The position numbers and the translations under genes are program-made. This document shows, piece by piece, positions 51,055 to 60,900 of a stretch of DNA of 64,000 bases (position 1 is its first letter; each line of letters begins with the position of its first letter). The notes under the pieces were generated by a model. It saw nothing but the letters and a program-made list of their open reading frames with translations, was not told where the DNA came from and searched no databases. The DNA comes from an uncultured Gammaproteobacteria bacterium (lineage in GTDB: Bacteria > Patescibacteriota > Microgenomatia > PFEM01 > JAHIFH01): positions 7,563 through 71,562 of the forward strand of contig CAYFXA010000001.1 of the NCBI GenBank assembly GCA_964347135.1, read 5' to 3'.

Positions 51055-51072
51055 TTTTCTTCTACCATTATA

Positions 51073-52452
51073 CTATTTTCGGCGATGTTTCCGCCTCTTT
51101 TTTGATTTTGACTTTACCAAATGGGTTCTTCTTGAAATCTTGGATCCCAGTTTAACTTGACCAGAAGGAGTTATTTCCATTGTGTCATTTCTATCTGGAA
51201 GAAAAATTTGTTTTTCACTATAACCCATTTTTTGAGCTAAAAGAGCGTATTGTCTCATTTGCCGAAAAGCACCGCCAATAGGAATTAGATAATTAGGACG
51301 CGCCAAACCAATCATTAATGATAAATCTCCTTGGGCAGCGTGGCCCGAAACATGTAAATCATCAAGAATCTCTGAATAAGAAACGGTTGCACCCAAACGG
51401 CAGAGGTTATCAATCAGCCTGTGAACCGCTGTTTCAGTGCCGGGAATATAATCAGGGGCAGAAAAAACGACTTTGTCACCCGGCTCAATTTGAATTCCTT
51501 TATACTCTCCGGCGGTAATTCTGTCTAAAGCCGAACCCGTTTGAGCCAAACTGCCAGCCACAAACAAACTGATTTTCTCTTTGGGCAGGTCTTTAATCTT
51601 TTTCGCAGGAATCAAAACTCCCTTTGGAATCTGAAGATAGCCCAGACGAGTAGCGATTTTAAAAATCTTTTCAATTGACATTCCCACCAAAGCTACCTGG
51701 CGTCCATATTTAGCAGAGACATTTAAAGCTTGTTGCCACCGGGAAACATTGGAAGACATGGTGGTAACAAAAACCTTACTTTTGAAATCGCGAATTTCCC
51801 TTTCTAAAGAGTCCTCAATCATTTGTTCGGAAAGAGTATAGCCAGCTTTTTCACTTCTTAAACAATCGGAAAGAAGACAAACAACTCCTTGATTGCCAAT
51901 GGTGGCTATCTTACCAACATCAGAAATTGTTCCCATCGCTGGTGTCCAGTCAAATTTAAAGTCACTAATATGAAGAACCGTTCCTAAAGGGGTATTGATG
52001 GCGATTCCAAAAGTATCAGGAATTGAATGAGTTAAATAAATAAAATCAAGATTGAAATTACCCAAATTAACTTTCTCTCGAGAATCAATCAGATTAACTT
52101 TAGCCGGTAAATGGTACTCATCAAGTTTATCTTTTATCAAAGCCGCTGCCAGTCGCGAGGCATAAATAGGAATTTTTCGATTAAGTTTAGGTAAAACAAA
52201 CGGCAAACCCCCATAATGGTCTTCATGCCCATGAGTAATCACTATTCCCTGAATCTTTTCTCGGTTCTTAACTAAGTAATCAACATTAGCAACCAACAAA
52301 TCACCTTGGGGTGTTTCCTCATCAGGAAAACCAACTCCACAGTCAACTATCAAAATCTGGTTATTGTATTGATAAACAAAAAGGTTTTGGGTAACCTTTC
52401 CCCAGCCTCCCAAAGAAATTATTCTTAGATTTTGTTTATCGTTTTTTTTCAT
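51073..52452 (-). CDS. rnj: ribonuclease J family (metallo-beta-lactamase/beta-CASP), short form
   Basis: HGHEDHYGG motif; beta-CASP region. 459 aa, lacking the usual C-terminal domain. Confidence 0.8.
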   Translation of the reverse strand: MKKNDKQNLRIISLGGWGKVTQNLFVYQYNNQILIVDCGVGFPDEETPQGDLLVANVDYLVKNREKIQGIVITHGHEDHYGGLPFVLPKLNRKIPIYASRLAAALIKDKLDEYHLPAKVNLIDSREKVNLGNFNLDFIYLTHSIPDTFGIAINTPLGTVLHISDFKFDWTPAMGTISDVGKIATIGNQGVVCLLSDCLRSEKAGYTLSEQMIEDSLEREIRDFKSKVFVTTMSSNVSRWQQALNVSAKYGRQVALVGMSIEKIFKIATRLGYLQIPKGVLIPAKKIKDLPKEKISLFVAGSLAQTGSALDRITAGEYKGIQIEPGDKVVFSAPDYIPGTETAVHRLIDNLCRLGATVSYSEILDDLHVSGHAAQGDLSLMIGLARPNYLIPIGGAFRQMRQYALLAQKMGYSEKQIFLPDRNDTMEITPSGQVKLGSKISRRTHLVKSKSKKRRKHRRK

Positions 52453-53084
52453 TGAATTAATTTCATTTGTTTATCTTCTTTTTCTACTGCAATTTTTTCA
52501 GTTATCTCCTCCTCCGGAGCTTTTTCAAGAAAGCGTTTTATCTTTTGAAAATCTTCTTTTATCTCTGCCATTATTCTATCACTTCTTAGAGCCGCGGCGG
52601 GATGATACATAGGAATAACAATATATCTTTTACCAAAAAAGTCAACGTATCTAGCTTGGCCGTGAATTAAGGAAATTTTTTCATTCGGAAGAAATTTGTT
52701 CATCGAAAATCTTCCTAAAGTAACAATAATTTTTGGTTCAATTATTTGAATTTGCTCATCCAAAAAAGGACGACAGGCTTTAATTTCTTCTGGTAGAGGA
52801 TCACGATTCCCTGGTGGACGATGTTTGATAATGTTACCAACAAAAACTTCCTTTCTCTCCAGTTTAATTGATTGAAGTAGATTATCTAAAAGCTTACCCG
52901 CAGCACCAACAAAAGGCAAACCTTGTTGGTCTTCATGATAACCTGGCCCTTCGCCAATAAACATCACTTCGGCATCAGGACTACCATCACCTGGCACTGG
53001 ATTATTAGCCCTTTTATATAAGGAACAGCGGGTGCATTTTGCCACCCGCCCTGCAATTTGTTTAAGTTTTTCCGTTTTAGTCAT
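52449..53084 (-). CDS. uracil-DNA glycosylase, family 4
   Basis: CTRCSLYK...GEGPGYHEDQQGLPFVGAAGKLL with the Fe-S cysteines typical of family 4 UDG. Confidence 0.8.
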   Translation of the reverse strand: MTKTEKLKQIAGRVAKCTRCSLYKRANNPVPGDGSPDAEVMFIGEGPGYHEDQQGLPFVGAAGKLLDNLLQSIKLERKEVFVGNIIKHRPPGNRDPLPEEIKACRPFLDEQIQIIEPKIIVTLGRFSMNKFLPNEKISLIHGQARYVDFFGKRYIVIPMYHPAAALRSDRIMAEIKEDFQKIKRFLEKAPEEEITEKIAVEKEDKQMKLIQ

Positions 53085-53571
53085 TTAAATCGATTGTTTT
53101 AAACTCATTCGTTTTAGTTTCATAAATACTAAAAGAACATTTTCCTTCCATTCCCATTACTTCTCCTGGATTAATAATTAAGGTCTTGCCAATCTTTTCT
53201 TGTTTGGCTTCATGAGTATGACCATGAAAAACTGCATCATATTTCCCGGTGTGAGCTAAACCCTCAGCAAGTTGCGGATAGTGACACATGGCAATTTTCT
53301 TTCCACCAAGCTCAACTTCTGCCATTTCTTTAAATTGATGATAAAAAGATAGATTGCTAACTAACTTTGTTATTTCATAGTGAGCCCCATCAACATTGCC
53401 GAAAACGGCATAGGTAGGAAGTCTTAATTCGATTATTAACTTAACCGCCGGGCCTGCACAATAATCACCACAAAACAAAATGGCTTTACATTTTTCCTTT
53501 TTAACCCGTTTCAACACTTTTTTAAGATTCCAAATATTATCATGAATGTCTGAGAGAACCGCTACTTTCAT
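53077..53571 (-). CDS. metallophosphoesterase, YfcE/MJ0936 family
   Basis: DIHDN, GDY, GNVD, GHTH motifs. Confidence 0.8.
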   Translation of the reverse strand: MKVAVLSDIHDNIWNLKKVLKRVKKEKCKAILFCGDYCAGPAVKLIIELRLPTYAVFGNVDGAHYEITKLVSNLSFYHQFKEMAEVELGGKKIAMCHYPQLAEGLAHTGKYDAVFHGHTHEAKQEKIGKTLIINPGEVMGMEGKCSFSIYETKTNEFKTIDLND

Positions 53572-53587
53572 ACTTTAGTCATTTAAA

Positions 53588-54670
53588 CTACCAAGTGGGT
53601 AGAAATTCCTTCATATTGGCAGTCGTAATCTGAAAAGTTCTTCCTTTACCTTGGACAATCATTTTCGCCACTTTACGACAAATGCCATTAATTGTCCTTT
53701 CTAAAGTTCGAATGCCAGCGTCATAACCCAAGGGCCTTACAATTTTAGGCCAAACAGCAGCATCAATCTTAACTGTTCCTTTGTCCAGACCTGCTTCTTG
53801 CATTGTTCTTGGCAAAACATAATCCCTACCAATGGTAATTTTCTCCTCATCGGTATAAGAGGGCATTTGAATTGGTTCTAAACGGTCCATCACCGCCACG
53901 GAAATATTACTGGTATTATTACAAGTGGCAATGAACAAAACCTCTGAGAGGTCAATTGGGTAATCAACGTAATGATCCCGGAAAGCCATGTTTTGTTCAG
54001 GGTCAAGGAGTTCCACTAAAACTCCCATGATGCTTGCTCTGCCTTCCACAGTCACTCGGTCAATTTCATCAAGAAGAACAACCGGGTTTTTGGTTTTTGT
54101 TCGTCGTAAAGCTTTAATAATCAAACCTGGTTCTGCATCCGGTCGAATCCTTGATTGTCCTCTTAAATCAAGTGGGTCGCCTAAACCGCCAAAGGGAACT
54201 CGGGCAAATTCTCTTTCCATTGCTTCGGCAATTGAATAAGCAATCGTTGTTTTGCCCGTACCCACCAAACCAACAAAAAGAAGCATTGGTGCTCGCATGA
54301 ATTTCATAATCCCTTCTTCCTTAATTTTGCCTTCCTCTTTTTTTGTTTTTTTCAGTTTTAAAACCGCCATATACTCCAAAATTCTTTCTTTAGTTTCTTC
54401 CAGACCATAATGGTTTTTATCCAAAATTTCTTTAGCCAATTTTAAATCAAGCCTGTCTTCACTTCTTGTATCCCAGGGCAGAGCCGTTATCCAATCAATG
54501 TAATGGGCAACTCGTTCGTACTCGGTTGAGTATTCACCGTATTTAACCATTCGGGATAGGCGTTCAACCAAACGAAGACAATTTTCTTTTAATTCAGGAG
54601 GAAGACGAGTGGCATCAACCTTTTTTTCTAACTCAACAATTTCTTTAAAAAGGGCAGTTTCTTCAGGCAT
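53588..54670 (-). CDS. Lon-family AAA+ ATPase domain protein lacking N-terminal and protease domains
   Basis: The region before the AAA module (ITALPWDTRSEDRLDLKLAKEILDKNHYGLEETKERILEYMAVLKL) is near-identical in pattern to the Lon helical region. Walker A GLVGTGKTT, Walker B LLDEIDR, sensor-1/Arg-finger ATCNN...DRLEP. The protein ends after the AAA+ alpha-subdomain with no Ser-Lys protease domain. Confidence 0.65.
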   Translation of the reverse strand: MPEETALFKEIVELEKKVDATRLPPELKENCLRLVERLSRMVKYGEYSTEYERVAHYIDWITALPWDTRSEDRLDLKLAKEILDKNHYGLEETKERILEYMAVLKLKKTKKEEGKIKEEGIMKFMRAPMLLFVGLVGTGKTTIAYSIAEAMEREFARVPFGGLGDPLDLRGQSRIRPDAEPGLIIKALRRTKTKNPVVLLDEIDRVTVEGRASIMGVLVELLDPEQNMAFRDHYVDYPIDLSEVLFIATCNNTSNISVAVMDRLEPIQMPSYTDEEKITIGRDYVLPRTMQEAGLDKGTVKIDAAVWPKIVRPLGYDAGIRTLERTINGICRKVAKMIVQGKGRTFQITTANMKEFLPTW

Positions 54671-54711
54671 ACATATAGCTTAGCAGAATCATAAATTCAA
54701 GACAAGAAAGA

Positions 54712-56880
54712 CTAGCGGCGACGGAAGGGGCGTCGCTTCTTAAATTGAGACCTTCTTTGTTGCTGAAAAGGCTGGCGGCGAGCTGATTGTTTTCGTGGTC
54801 TCTCTTCCAATATCATGCTTAGATTAATCCGCCCTCTGTCATCGATTTCAACTACTTTCACTTTCACTTTATCACCGACCTTAACAATTTTACTGGGATC
54901 AGCCACGTATTGAGTTGACATCTTGGAAACATGAACCAGACCTTCTTTTCCTGGAGCAATCTCCACAAAAGCGCCAAAAGGCTGAATCCGCTTTACTTCA
55001 CCCTCATAGATTTCACCCGCTTCCACTTCTCGGGTTAAGCCTTCTATTTTAGCCACTGCTTGATCAACTGATTGCTTATCTGGGGCAGAAATATTAACCG
55101 TACCGTCATCTTCAACATCAATCGCTGCCCCTGTTTCTTTAATTAAACCTCTAATTGTTCGTCCACCTGGGCCAATGATTTCACCAATTTTGTCAACCGG
55201 AAGATGAAGAACTTTAATTTTAGGGGCAAATTTGGAAATTTGGGCGCGAGAAGCAGGCATAACCGCCATCATTTTCTCAAGAATAAACAAACGCCCTTCT
55301 TTTGCCTGGGCAATAATTTTCTTCAATAAAGCTAAATCAATTCCTTGGTTTTTAACATCCATTTGAATCCCCGTCGCCCCCTTTTTAGTTCCTGCCAGTT
55401 TGAAATCCATATCGCCATTAAAATCTTCCAAACCAAGAATATCGCTTAAAATCACTTGTTTCTTTCCCTCTTCTATTAATCCCATGGCAATGCCCGCAAC
55501 CAGGGCTTTAATAGGTACGCCAGCATCCATTAAGGAAAGAATCGAGCCACAAACCGCTGCCATTGAGGTTGAGCCATTAGAGGACATCACTTCGGAAACG
55601 ACTCTGATTGTGTAGGGAAATTTTTCTTCAGCCGGAATAACACCTAATAAAGCTCTTTCTGCCAAAGCACCGTGGCCAATATCTCGGCGTGAAGGCCAGC
55701 CAATTCTTCCGGTATCACCCAAAGAAAAGGGTGGCATGTAATAATGATGAATATAGCGCTTGGTTTCTTCACCCTCCATGCTTTCAATCAACTGCTCCAA
55801 AGAAGGTGAACCTAAAGTAGTAACGGTTAACACTTGAGTTTGACCGCGTTTAAACATGGCCGAACCATGAGTCCGGGGCAAAAGACCCACCTCAATTTCG
55901 ATTGGTCTGATTTCATCGGGTTTCCGACCATCGGCTCGTTTACCCTTTTTAATAATTTGCTCTCGAACTCTTTTTTTAACCAAGTCATCGATAACTTGAT
56001 TAATTACTCGTCTCTTTTCCTCATCATATTTCTCAGCCAAAGCCTCTCTAATTTCACCAATCATCTCCCGGGCCTCATTTTTAGCCATTGTCTTCAAAAT
56101 AGTATCAATTTGTTTAATCACGTCTTTCTCTATTTTTTTAGCCAGTTGTGGATCAATCTTCTCTTTTTCAATTGATTTTTTCTTTTGACCTGCTTTTTTG
56201 ACCAGCGCTTTAATTAATTGAATTACCTCTTTATTCTCTTTTTGAGCCACATCAACTGCCTCAACCAAAGTTTCGTCTGGAATTTCTTGGGCTTCACCTT
56301 CAAGCATCACCGTCTTCCCTTCGCGTCCAGCAACAATCAAATTCATAATTGAGTAATCTAAGTCTTGATAAGTAGGGTTAACAATAAAAGAACCCTCGCC
56401 GTCTTTGGGAACATAACCAATTCTCATTGCCCCTACTGGTCCATCCCAAGGAATATCGGAAATAGCCAGAGCAGCGCTTGTTGCCCAAACCGCTGGCATG
56501 TCGGGGTCATTTTCACCATCAACCGAAAGAACGGTAATAATTACTTGAATTTCGTTTCTGTAATCTTTTGGAAACAAGGGACGAGTGGAACGATCAACTA
56601 ACCGAGCCGTTAAAACCGCTTCATCGGATGGACGTCCTTCTCGTTTTACCCAACGCGAACCTTTAATCCGGCCGCCAGCATAAAGGCGTTCAACATACTC
56701 AACATGAAGGGGTAAATAATCAATTCCTTCTTGGGGCCTAGAAGAAACCACGGTTGCTAAAACCATGGTATCGCCATAGCGAGCCAAAACGGCTGCGTTG
56801 GCTTGTTCAGCCAAACGACCTACCTCAAGGGTTAATTTTTTATTACCTATTTCAGTTGACTGGGAAATTTTTTTTATCAT
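54712..56880 (-). CDS. pnp: polyribonucleotide nucleotidyltransferase (PNPase)
   Basis: Two RNase PH domains plus KH plus S1; 722 aa. Confidence 0.95.
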   Translation of the reverse strand: MIKKISQSTEIGNKKLTLEVGRLAEQANAAVLARYGDTMVLATVVSSRPQEGIDYLPLHVEYVERLYAGGRIKGSRWVKREGRPSDEAVLTARLVDRSTRPLFPKDYRNEIQVIITVLSVDGENDPDMPAVWATSAALAISDIPWDGPVGAMRIGYVPKDGEGSFIVNPTYQDLDYSIMNLIVAGREGKTVMLEGEAQEIPDETLVEAVDVAQKENKEVIQLIKALVKKAGQKKKSIEKEKIDPQLAKKIEKDVIKQIDTILKTMAKNEAREMIGEIREALAEKYDEEKRRVINQVIDDLVKKRVREQIIKKGKRADGRKPDEIRPIEIEVGLLPRTHGSAMFKRGQTQVLTVTTLGSPSLEQLIESMEGEETKRYIHHYYMPPFSLGDTGRIGWPSRRDIGHGALAERALLGVIPAEEKFPYTIRVVSEVMSSNGSTSMAAVCGSILSLMDAGVPIKALVAGIAMGLIEEGKKQVILSDILGLEDFNGDMDFKLAGTKKGATGIQMDVKNQGIDLALLKKIIAQAKEGRLFILEKMMAVMPASRAQISKFAPKIKVLHLPVDKIGEIIGPGGRTIRGLIKETGAAIDVEDDGTVNISAPDKQSVDQAVAKIEGLTREVEAGEIYEGEVKRIQPFGAFVEIAPGKEGLVHVSKMSTQYVADPSKIVKVGDKVKVKVVEIDDRGRINLSMILEERPRKQSARRQPFQQQRRSQFKKRRPFRRR

Positions 56881-56886
56881 TAGAAG

Positions 56887-57156
56887 CTATTTAGACAATT
56901 TTAAAGCGCTAACAACTTTTTTGTAGCGCTTTTCGTCTTTTTTCAATAAATAAGCTAATAATCTTCTTCTTTTTGAAACAAGGGAAAGCAAACCTCGTCG
57001 GGAATGAACATCCTTTTTGTGTTCTTTAAGGTGTTTGGTTAACTTTTTAACTTTGGAAGTTAACAAGGCAATCTGCACCTCAGGAGAACCCGTGTCTCCC
57101 TTTGACTGGGCAAATTTTTTAATAATTCTCTTTTTTTCAGTTGTGGTTAATGCCAT
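56887..57156 (-). CDS. rpsO: 30S ribosomal protein S15
   Basis: 89 aa; S15 helical fold ([19 protein letters not shown]). Confidence 0.9.
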   Translation of the reverse strand: MALTTTEKKRIIKKFAQSKGDTGSPEVQIALLTSKVKKLTKHLKEHKKDVHSRRGLLSLVSKRRRLLAYLLKKDEKRYKKVVSALKLSK

Positions 57157-57231
57157 CGAAAGCTATTTTATCAGAGACTAGGAAGCTTAACAAGGGGTTA
57201 AAGCCCGTTAAGCGGGTTTAACTGTGAGCGG

Positions 57232-58131
57232 TTAAACGCGAGTTTCACCTTTGAAGATTTTGGGTTCGAGCCAATCTGGTTTTGGCTTTTCTTCTTCTTC
57301 CTCTTCCTCAACAGGTTTTTTCTTGGCGGAAACTTCTGCGGGCATTGGTTTTAAGGGAAGTTTGCGCTTGGGTATTTTTACTGAAGGCTTTTTAGCTTCC
57401 CTTCTTGCCCCTATTTTGAGACAAAAAGCCGCGGCTTCAAAAGTGGACGCCTCCACTTTGGAAGAAGAAAAACGGTTGGTGGCCCGCTCAATTCCTGATA
57501 AAAGATTGGAGCCAATATCACTGTCGGCCGGTAATCTCATTTGAACAATTAAACCAGTTATCTTCTCGGAGAGAGAGGCGGTTCTGGGATCAATCAAATT
57601 AAGTTGACCATATTCTTGATTTCGGGGGTCGTTATCAAGATTAATGATTTGACTCTCTTTAAAAGCCTCTCGATTGCCTTTATAAATACTTCCCAAGCTT
57701 TCTAAAGAGTTGGCGCCAATGGTAAAGATTAAATCCACTTTGCCACCGCTATAAGTATATTCGACTTTCTCTGAATCTAAAGGCGGATGCCCAATTCTTG
57801 GCTTAACAACCAAATTGAATTTATTATTCTCAATGTTGTAACTCACTTTTTCAATCGCGTCTTCAACGTAATCAAAAGAAATTACCAAGCTGTCTTTGCC
57901 TCCTTGAAAAGAGTTTTTAATTTTATCCACTCCCACTAAAGAAGAAAACTCAACCCTCATCTCGGTTGGACTGCCAATCTCCACTGACTTTTTAGCTTTA
58001 ACAAGGGAAAGATAAAGACCTAAACCCGCCGCGACTTTATCAAAACTTGGATTTTGGGGTAAGGCAATAAAAATGCTTTGGGCAGTGGCAAGAGCGGATT
58101 GGATTCGAGAAGTTTGATTTGGTGTAACCAT
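57232..58131 (-). CDS. hypothetical protein, possibly a catalytically degenerate DHH/NrnA-like protein
   Basis: It occupies the rbfA/nrnA/truB position between infB and rpsO. AQSIFIALPQNPSFDKVAAGLGLYLSL mimics DHH motif I with His/Asp replaced. Acidic C-terminal tail. Confidence 0.35.
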   Translation of the reverse strand: MVTPNQTSRIQSALATAQSIFIALPQNPSFDKVAAGLGLYLSLVKAKKSVEIGSPTEMRVEFSSLVGVDKIKNSFQGGKDSLVISFDYVEDAIEKVSYNIENNKFNLVVKPRIGHPPLDSEKVEYTYSGGKVDLIFTIGANSLESLGSIYKGNREAFKESQIINLDNDPRNQEYGQLNLIDPRTASLSEKITGLIVQMRLPADSDIGSNLLSGIERATNRFSSSKVEASTFEAAAFCLKIGARREAKKPSVKIPKRKLPLKPMPAEVSAKKKPVEEEEEEEKPKPDWLEPKIFKGETRV

Positions 58132-59579
58132 TACTCTTCCACTTTTCTATAAGATAGTAACATATCTCCAATCTTAAAGTCAAGCGAAGGCGAAAGAACC
58201 GCCCCAAACTCCTCCCCAGCTTTTGCGCCTTCTATTTTTGTTTTGCCTGTTTTCATTGACTTAATCCAACAATCGCCCACCAACTCTTCACCCCGCTGTA
58301 AATGAAGTTTACCCCTTTTCTTAATTTCACCTTCAATTACTCGGCAACCAGCAACTCTTTTCTTGTCAATCTCAAATTCCTGAAGAACTTCTGCTTTACC
58401 AAGAATTTCCTCGCCCGCAAAGGGTTCCATTAACTTCTTAACTTTTTCTTCAATCTCCTCAAAAAGTTTGTAAATCACCTGATAATCACTTATTCTTACC
58501 TTTTCCGTTACCGCCAACTTTTTCACTTTTGCCGATGTTTTGACATTAAAAGCAATTATTTCCGCACCAGTTGTTTCCGCTAAAAGAACATCTGATTCAT
58601 TAATCTCACCCACTCCGGAATCAATAATTTCTACTTCCTTAGGCAAACCTGTTAAAATCGCTTCCAAGGTACCGTTAACATCGGCTTTGACAATTAAACG
58701 CAGCCTATCCTCTTCGGTCTCCTTTTTTTTAGTTAACTCCGGTTTAACAGGCTCTGTTGGCAGGGTAATAATTTCTTCGGTTCGTTTAACTAAACTGCCA
58801 ATTTGGGGTACACTTTTAAAACCCAAAACCTCGACTGGCTTACTTGGACCCGCTTTTTTTACTGTTTGGCCATTTTCATCAAACATGGCTTTAATCTTGG
58901 CAAAAGTATTGTCGGCTTTAATTTGGTTGCCTATTTCCAAACAACCATTTCTCACTAAAACCGTTGCCAAAGGACCCCGGCGCTTATCCAATTTTGACTC
59001 AATCACCACCGCTTCTAATTTGGCCTTGGGGTCGCCCTTAATCTCTTCCATTTCTGCCACTAATAAAATCATTTCCAAAAGTTCATCAACTCCTTTGCCT
59101 GTTTTGGCTGAAGTTGCTACACTGACAATCTTGCCGCCATGTCCTTCAACTTTGATATCATTTTTGGCCATTTCTTTTTTCACTTGCTCCAAGTCAATAT
59201 TGGGTTTATCAATCTTGTTAATCGCCACTAAATAGGGAATTTTCGCTTTTTTAATAAATTTCAAACTTTCTAAAGTTTGGGGCTTAACGCCTTCGTCAGC
59301 GGCAATCACTAGAACCGCCAAATCAGCCACTTTTGCTCCTCGGGAACGCATTTCTGAAAAAGCAGCGTGCCCTGGAGTGTCAATAAAGGTAATCGTTTTC
59401 TTTTTGGCTTTAATTTGATAAGCCCCAATATGTTGGGTAATACCCCCAAATTCTTTGGCAACAACATTGGTTTTACGAATTTTGTCTAGGAGAGTGGTTT
59501 TACCGTGGTCAACATGGCCAAGAACCGCCACCACTGGCGGTCGTAAAGACTCTTGAGAAGTGATTCTCTTTTTTGCCAT
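58131..59579 (-). CDS. infB: translation initiation factor IF-2 (short form)
   Basis: G domain [21 protein letters not shown]; 482 aa, starting directly at the G domain. Confidence 0.9.
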   Translation of the reverse strand: MAKKRITSQESLRPPVVAVLGHVDHGKTTLLDKIRKTNVVAKEFGGITQHIGAYQIKAKKKTITFIDTPGHAAFSEMRSRGAKVADLAVLVIAADEGVKPQTLESLKFIKKAKIPYLVAINKIDKPNIDLEQVKKEMAKNDIKVEGHGGKIVSVATSAKTGKGVDELLEMILLVAEMEEIKGDPKAKLEAVVIESKLDKRRGPLATVLVRNGCLEIGNQIKADNTFAKIKAMFDENGQTVKKAGPSKPVEVLGFKSVPQIGSLVKRTEEIITLPTEPVKPELTKKKETEEDRLRLIVKADVNGTLEAILTGLPKEVEIIDSGVGEINESDVLLAETTGAEIIAFNVKTSAKVKKLAVTEKVRISDYQVIYKLFEEIEEKVKKLMEPFAGEEILGKAEVLQEFEIDKKRVAGCRVIEGEIKKRGKLHLQRGEELVGDCWIKSMKTGKTKIEGAKAGEEFGAVLSPSLDFKIGDMLLSYRKVEE

Positions 59580-59607
59580 GTTAGTTTTTTTTGTCCCAAG
59601 AAACGAC

Positions 59608-60783
59608 TCATGTTAGTGCTTTTTTAATCTCTTCGGCCGCCTTGGGACCAATGCCTTTAATTTCTGCCACTTTATCTTTTTGTGACATTAATTTTTTCTT
59701 GGTCTTAATACCAGCTGCTATTAAAGCATTAATTGTTCTTGCGGATAACTTCAACTCTTCTAATTCTGGCGCTTCGGGCTTTTTCTTTTCCTTCTTAGCT
59801 TTTTTAACCGCTTTTTCCGCGCCTTTGATATCAATTTTAAAACCAGTTAACTTGGCTGCCAAGCGGACGTTTTGACCCTCCTTGCCAATGGCTAATGAAA
59901 GTTGGTCATCGGGCACAGAAACAACCGCCTCTTCTTTCTTTTTATCAATTTTTACTTTAACGCCTTCCGCAGGAGAAAGAGCAGCAATAATAAATTTTTC
60001 CGGGTCATCACTGTATTGAATAACATCAATTTTTTCACCTTCAAGTTCATCAATCACTGCCTGAACCCGAACTCCTTTTTGACCTACACAAGAACCAACC
60101 GGATCAACACCTAATTGAGTTGAAGAAACAGCAATTTTTGTTCGACCTCCGCCTTCTCGGGCAACGGCTTTCATTTCCACTGCTCCAGAAGCAACCTCCG
60201 GAACTTCCCGACGAAAGAGAGCCTCAACCAGAACTGGGTCAGCTCGAGAAACAACCACCTCACGACCGCGAAGAGAATCTCGAATCTCTTTAATAAGAAA
60301 GGTTAGACGCTGGTTAACGGAATATCTTTCAGAACGGACTTGTTCTTGAGGGGGCATTACCCCTTCGGCTTTACCAATATCAACAATCGCATTGGGACCA
60401 TCAAAACGAATAATCATCCCACTCACCAAAGTACCAACACGCTTAGAATACTCATCAAGAATGGCTGTTTTTTCTGCTTCTCGAAGTTTTTGAATAATCA
60501 CCTGTTTGGCAGTCATTGAAGCAATCCGACCAAAACCAGGAGGAGTGACTTCTTTTTTCTTCTTCTCTTTTCCTTCAGGAAATTCATAAACCTTAAACTC
60601 TCCTGTTGTCATATCCAAATCAACACTGTAATCCATGTCCTCTTTAGCCCCATAATCCTTCCGATAAGCCGCTAAAACCGCGGCCTTAATTGATTCCAGA
60701 GCCACCTCTGGTTCAATTCCTTTTTCAGCACAAATCTGATTAAGGGCTGAAGCAAATTCTGTTCTTGCTTTTAATGCTGGCAT
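59608..60783 (-). CDS. nusA: transcription termination/antitermination factor NusA
   Basis: N-terminal domain, S1, two KH domains, C-terminal HhH. SD AAGGA before the ATG. Confidence 0.9.
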   Translation of the reverse strand: MPALKARTEFASALNQICAEKGIEPEVALESIKAAVLAAYRKDYGAKEDMDYSVDLDMTTGEFKVYEFPEGKEKKKKEVTPPGFGRIASMTAKQVIIQKLREAEKTAILDEYSKRVGTLVSGMIIRFDGPNAIVDIGKAEGVMPPQEQVRSERYSVNQRLTFLIKEIRDSLRGREVVVSRADPVLVEALFRREVPEVASGAVEMKAVAREGGGRTKIAVSSTQLGVDPVGSCVGQKGVRVQAVIDELEGEKIDVIQYSDDPEKFIIAALSPAEGVKVKIDKKKEEAVVSVPDDQLSLAIGKEGQNVRLAAKLTGFKIDIKGAEKAVKKAKKEKKKPEAPELEELKLSARTINALIAAGIKTKKKLMSQKDKVAEIKGIGPKAAEEIKKALT

Positions 60784-60795
60784 ATTCCTTTATTT

Positions 60796-60817
60796 AAAAA
60801 GGTGGGAAATTCCCACC
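60796..60817 (-). terminator. leader hairpin plus U-tract immediately upstream of nusA (attenuator-like); perfect 17-nt palindrome GGTGGGAAATTCCCACC
   Basis: Minus strand reads GGUGGGAAUUUCCCACC followed by UUUUU, then AAAUAAAGGAAU-AUG. It lies between a consensus promoter and the nusA SD. Confidence 0.45.
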
Positions 60818-60840
60818 TCAAATTCACTTAACCTGGACTG

Positions 60841-60869
60841 ATTTTAACACTGGAAGACAAGGAAGTCAA
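60841..60869 (-). promoter_or_regulatory. sigma70-type promoter TTGACT-17-TAAAAT for nusA-infB
   Basis: Minus strand has TTGACT (top 60864-60869), a 17-nt spacer, and TAAAAT (top 60841-60846). Confidence 0.45.
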
Positions 60870-60900
60870 TTAAAAACCCAATTAATGATAAAATCTAAAT

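Noticed and set aside
60801-60817. The 17-nt palindrome interpreted purely as a transcription-factor operator
   Set aside because: Not fully rejected. The adjacent U5 tract and its position between promoter and SD favour a terminator/attenuator reading, and both readings are noted in the finding.
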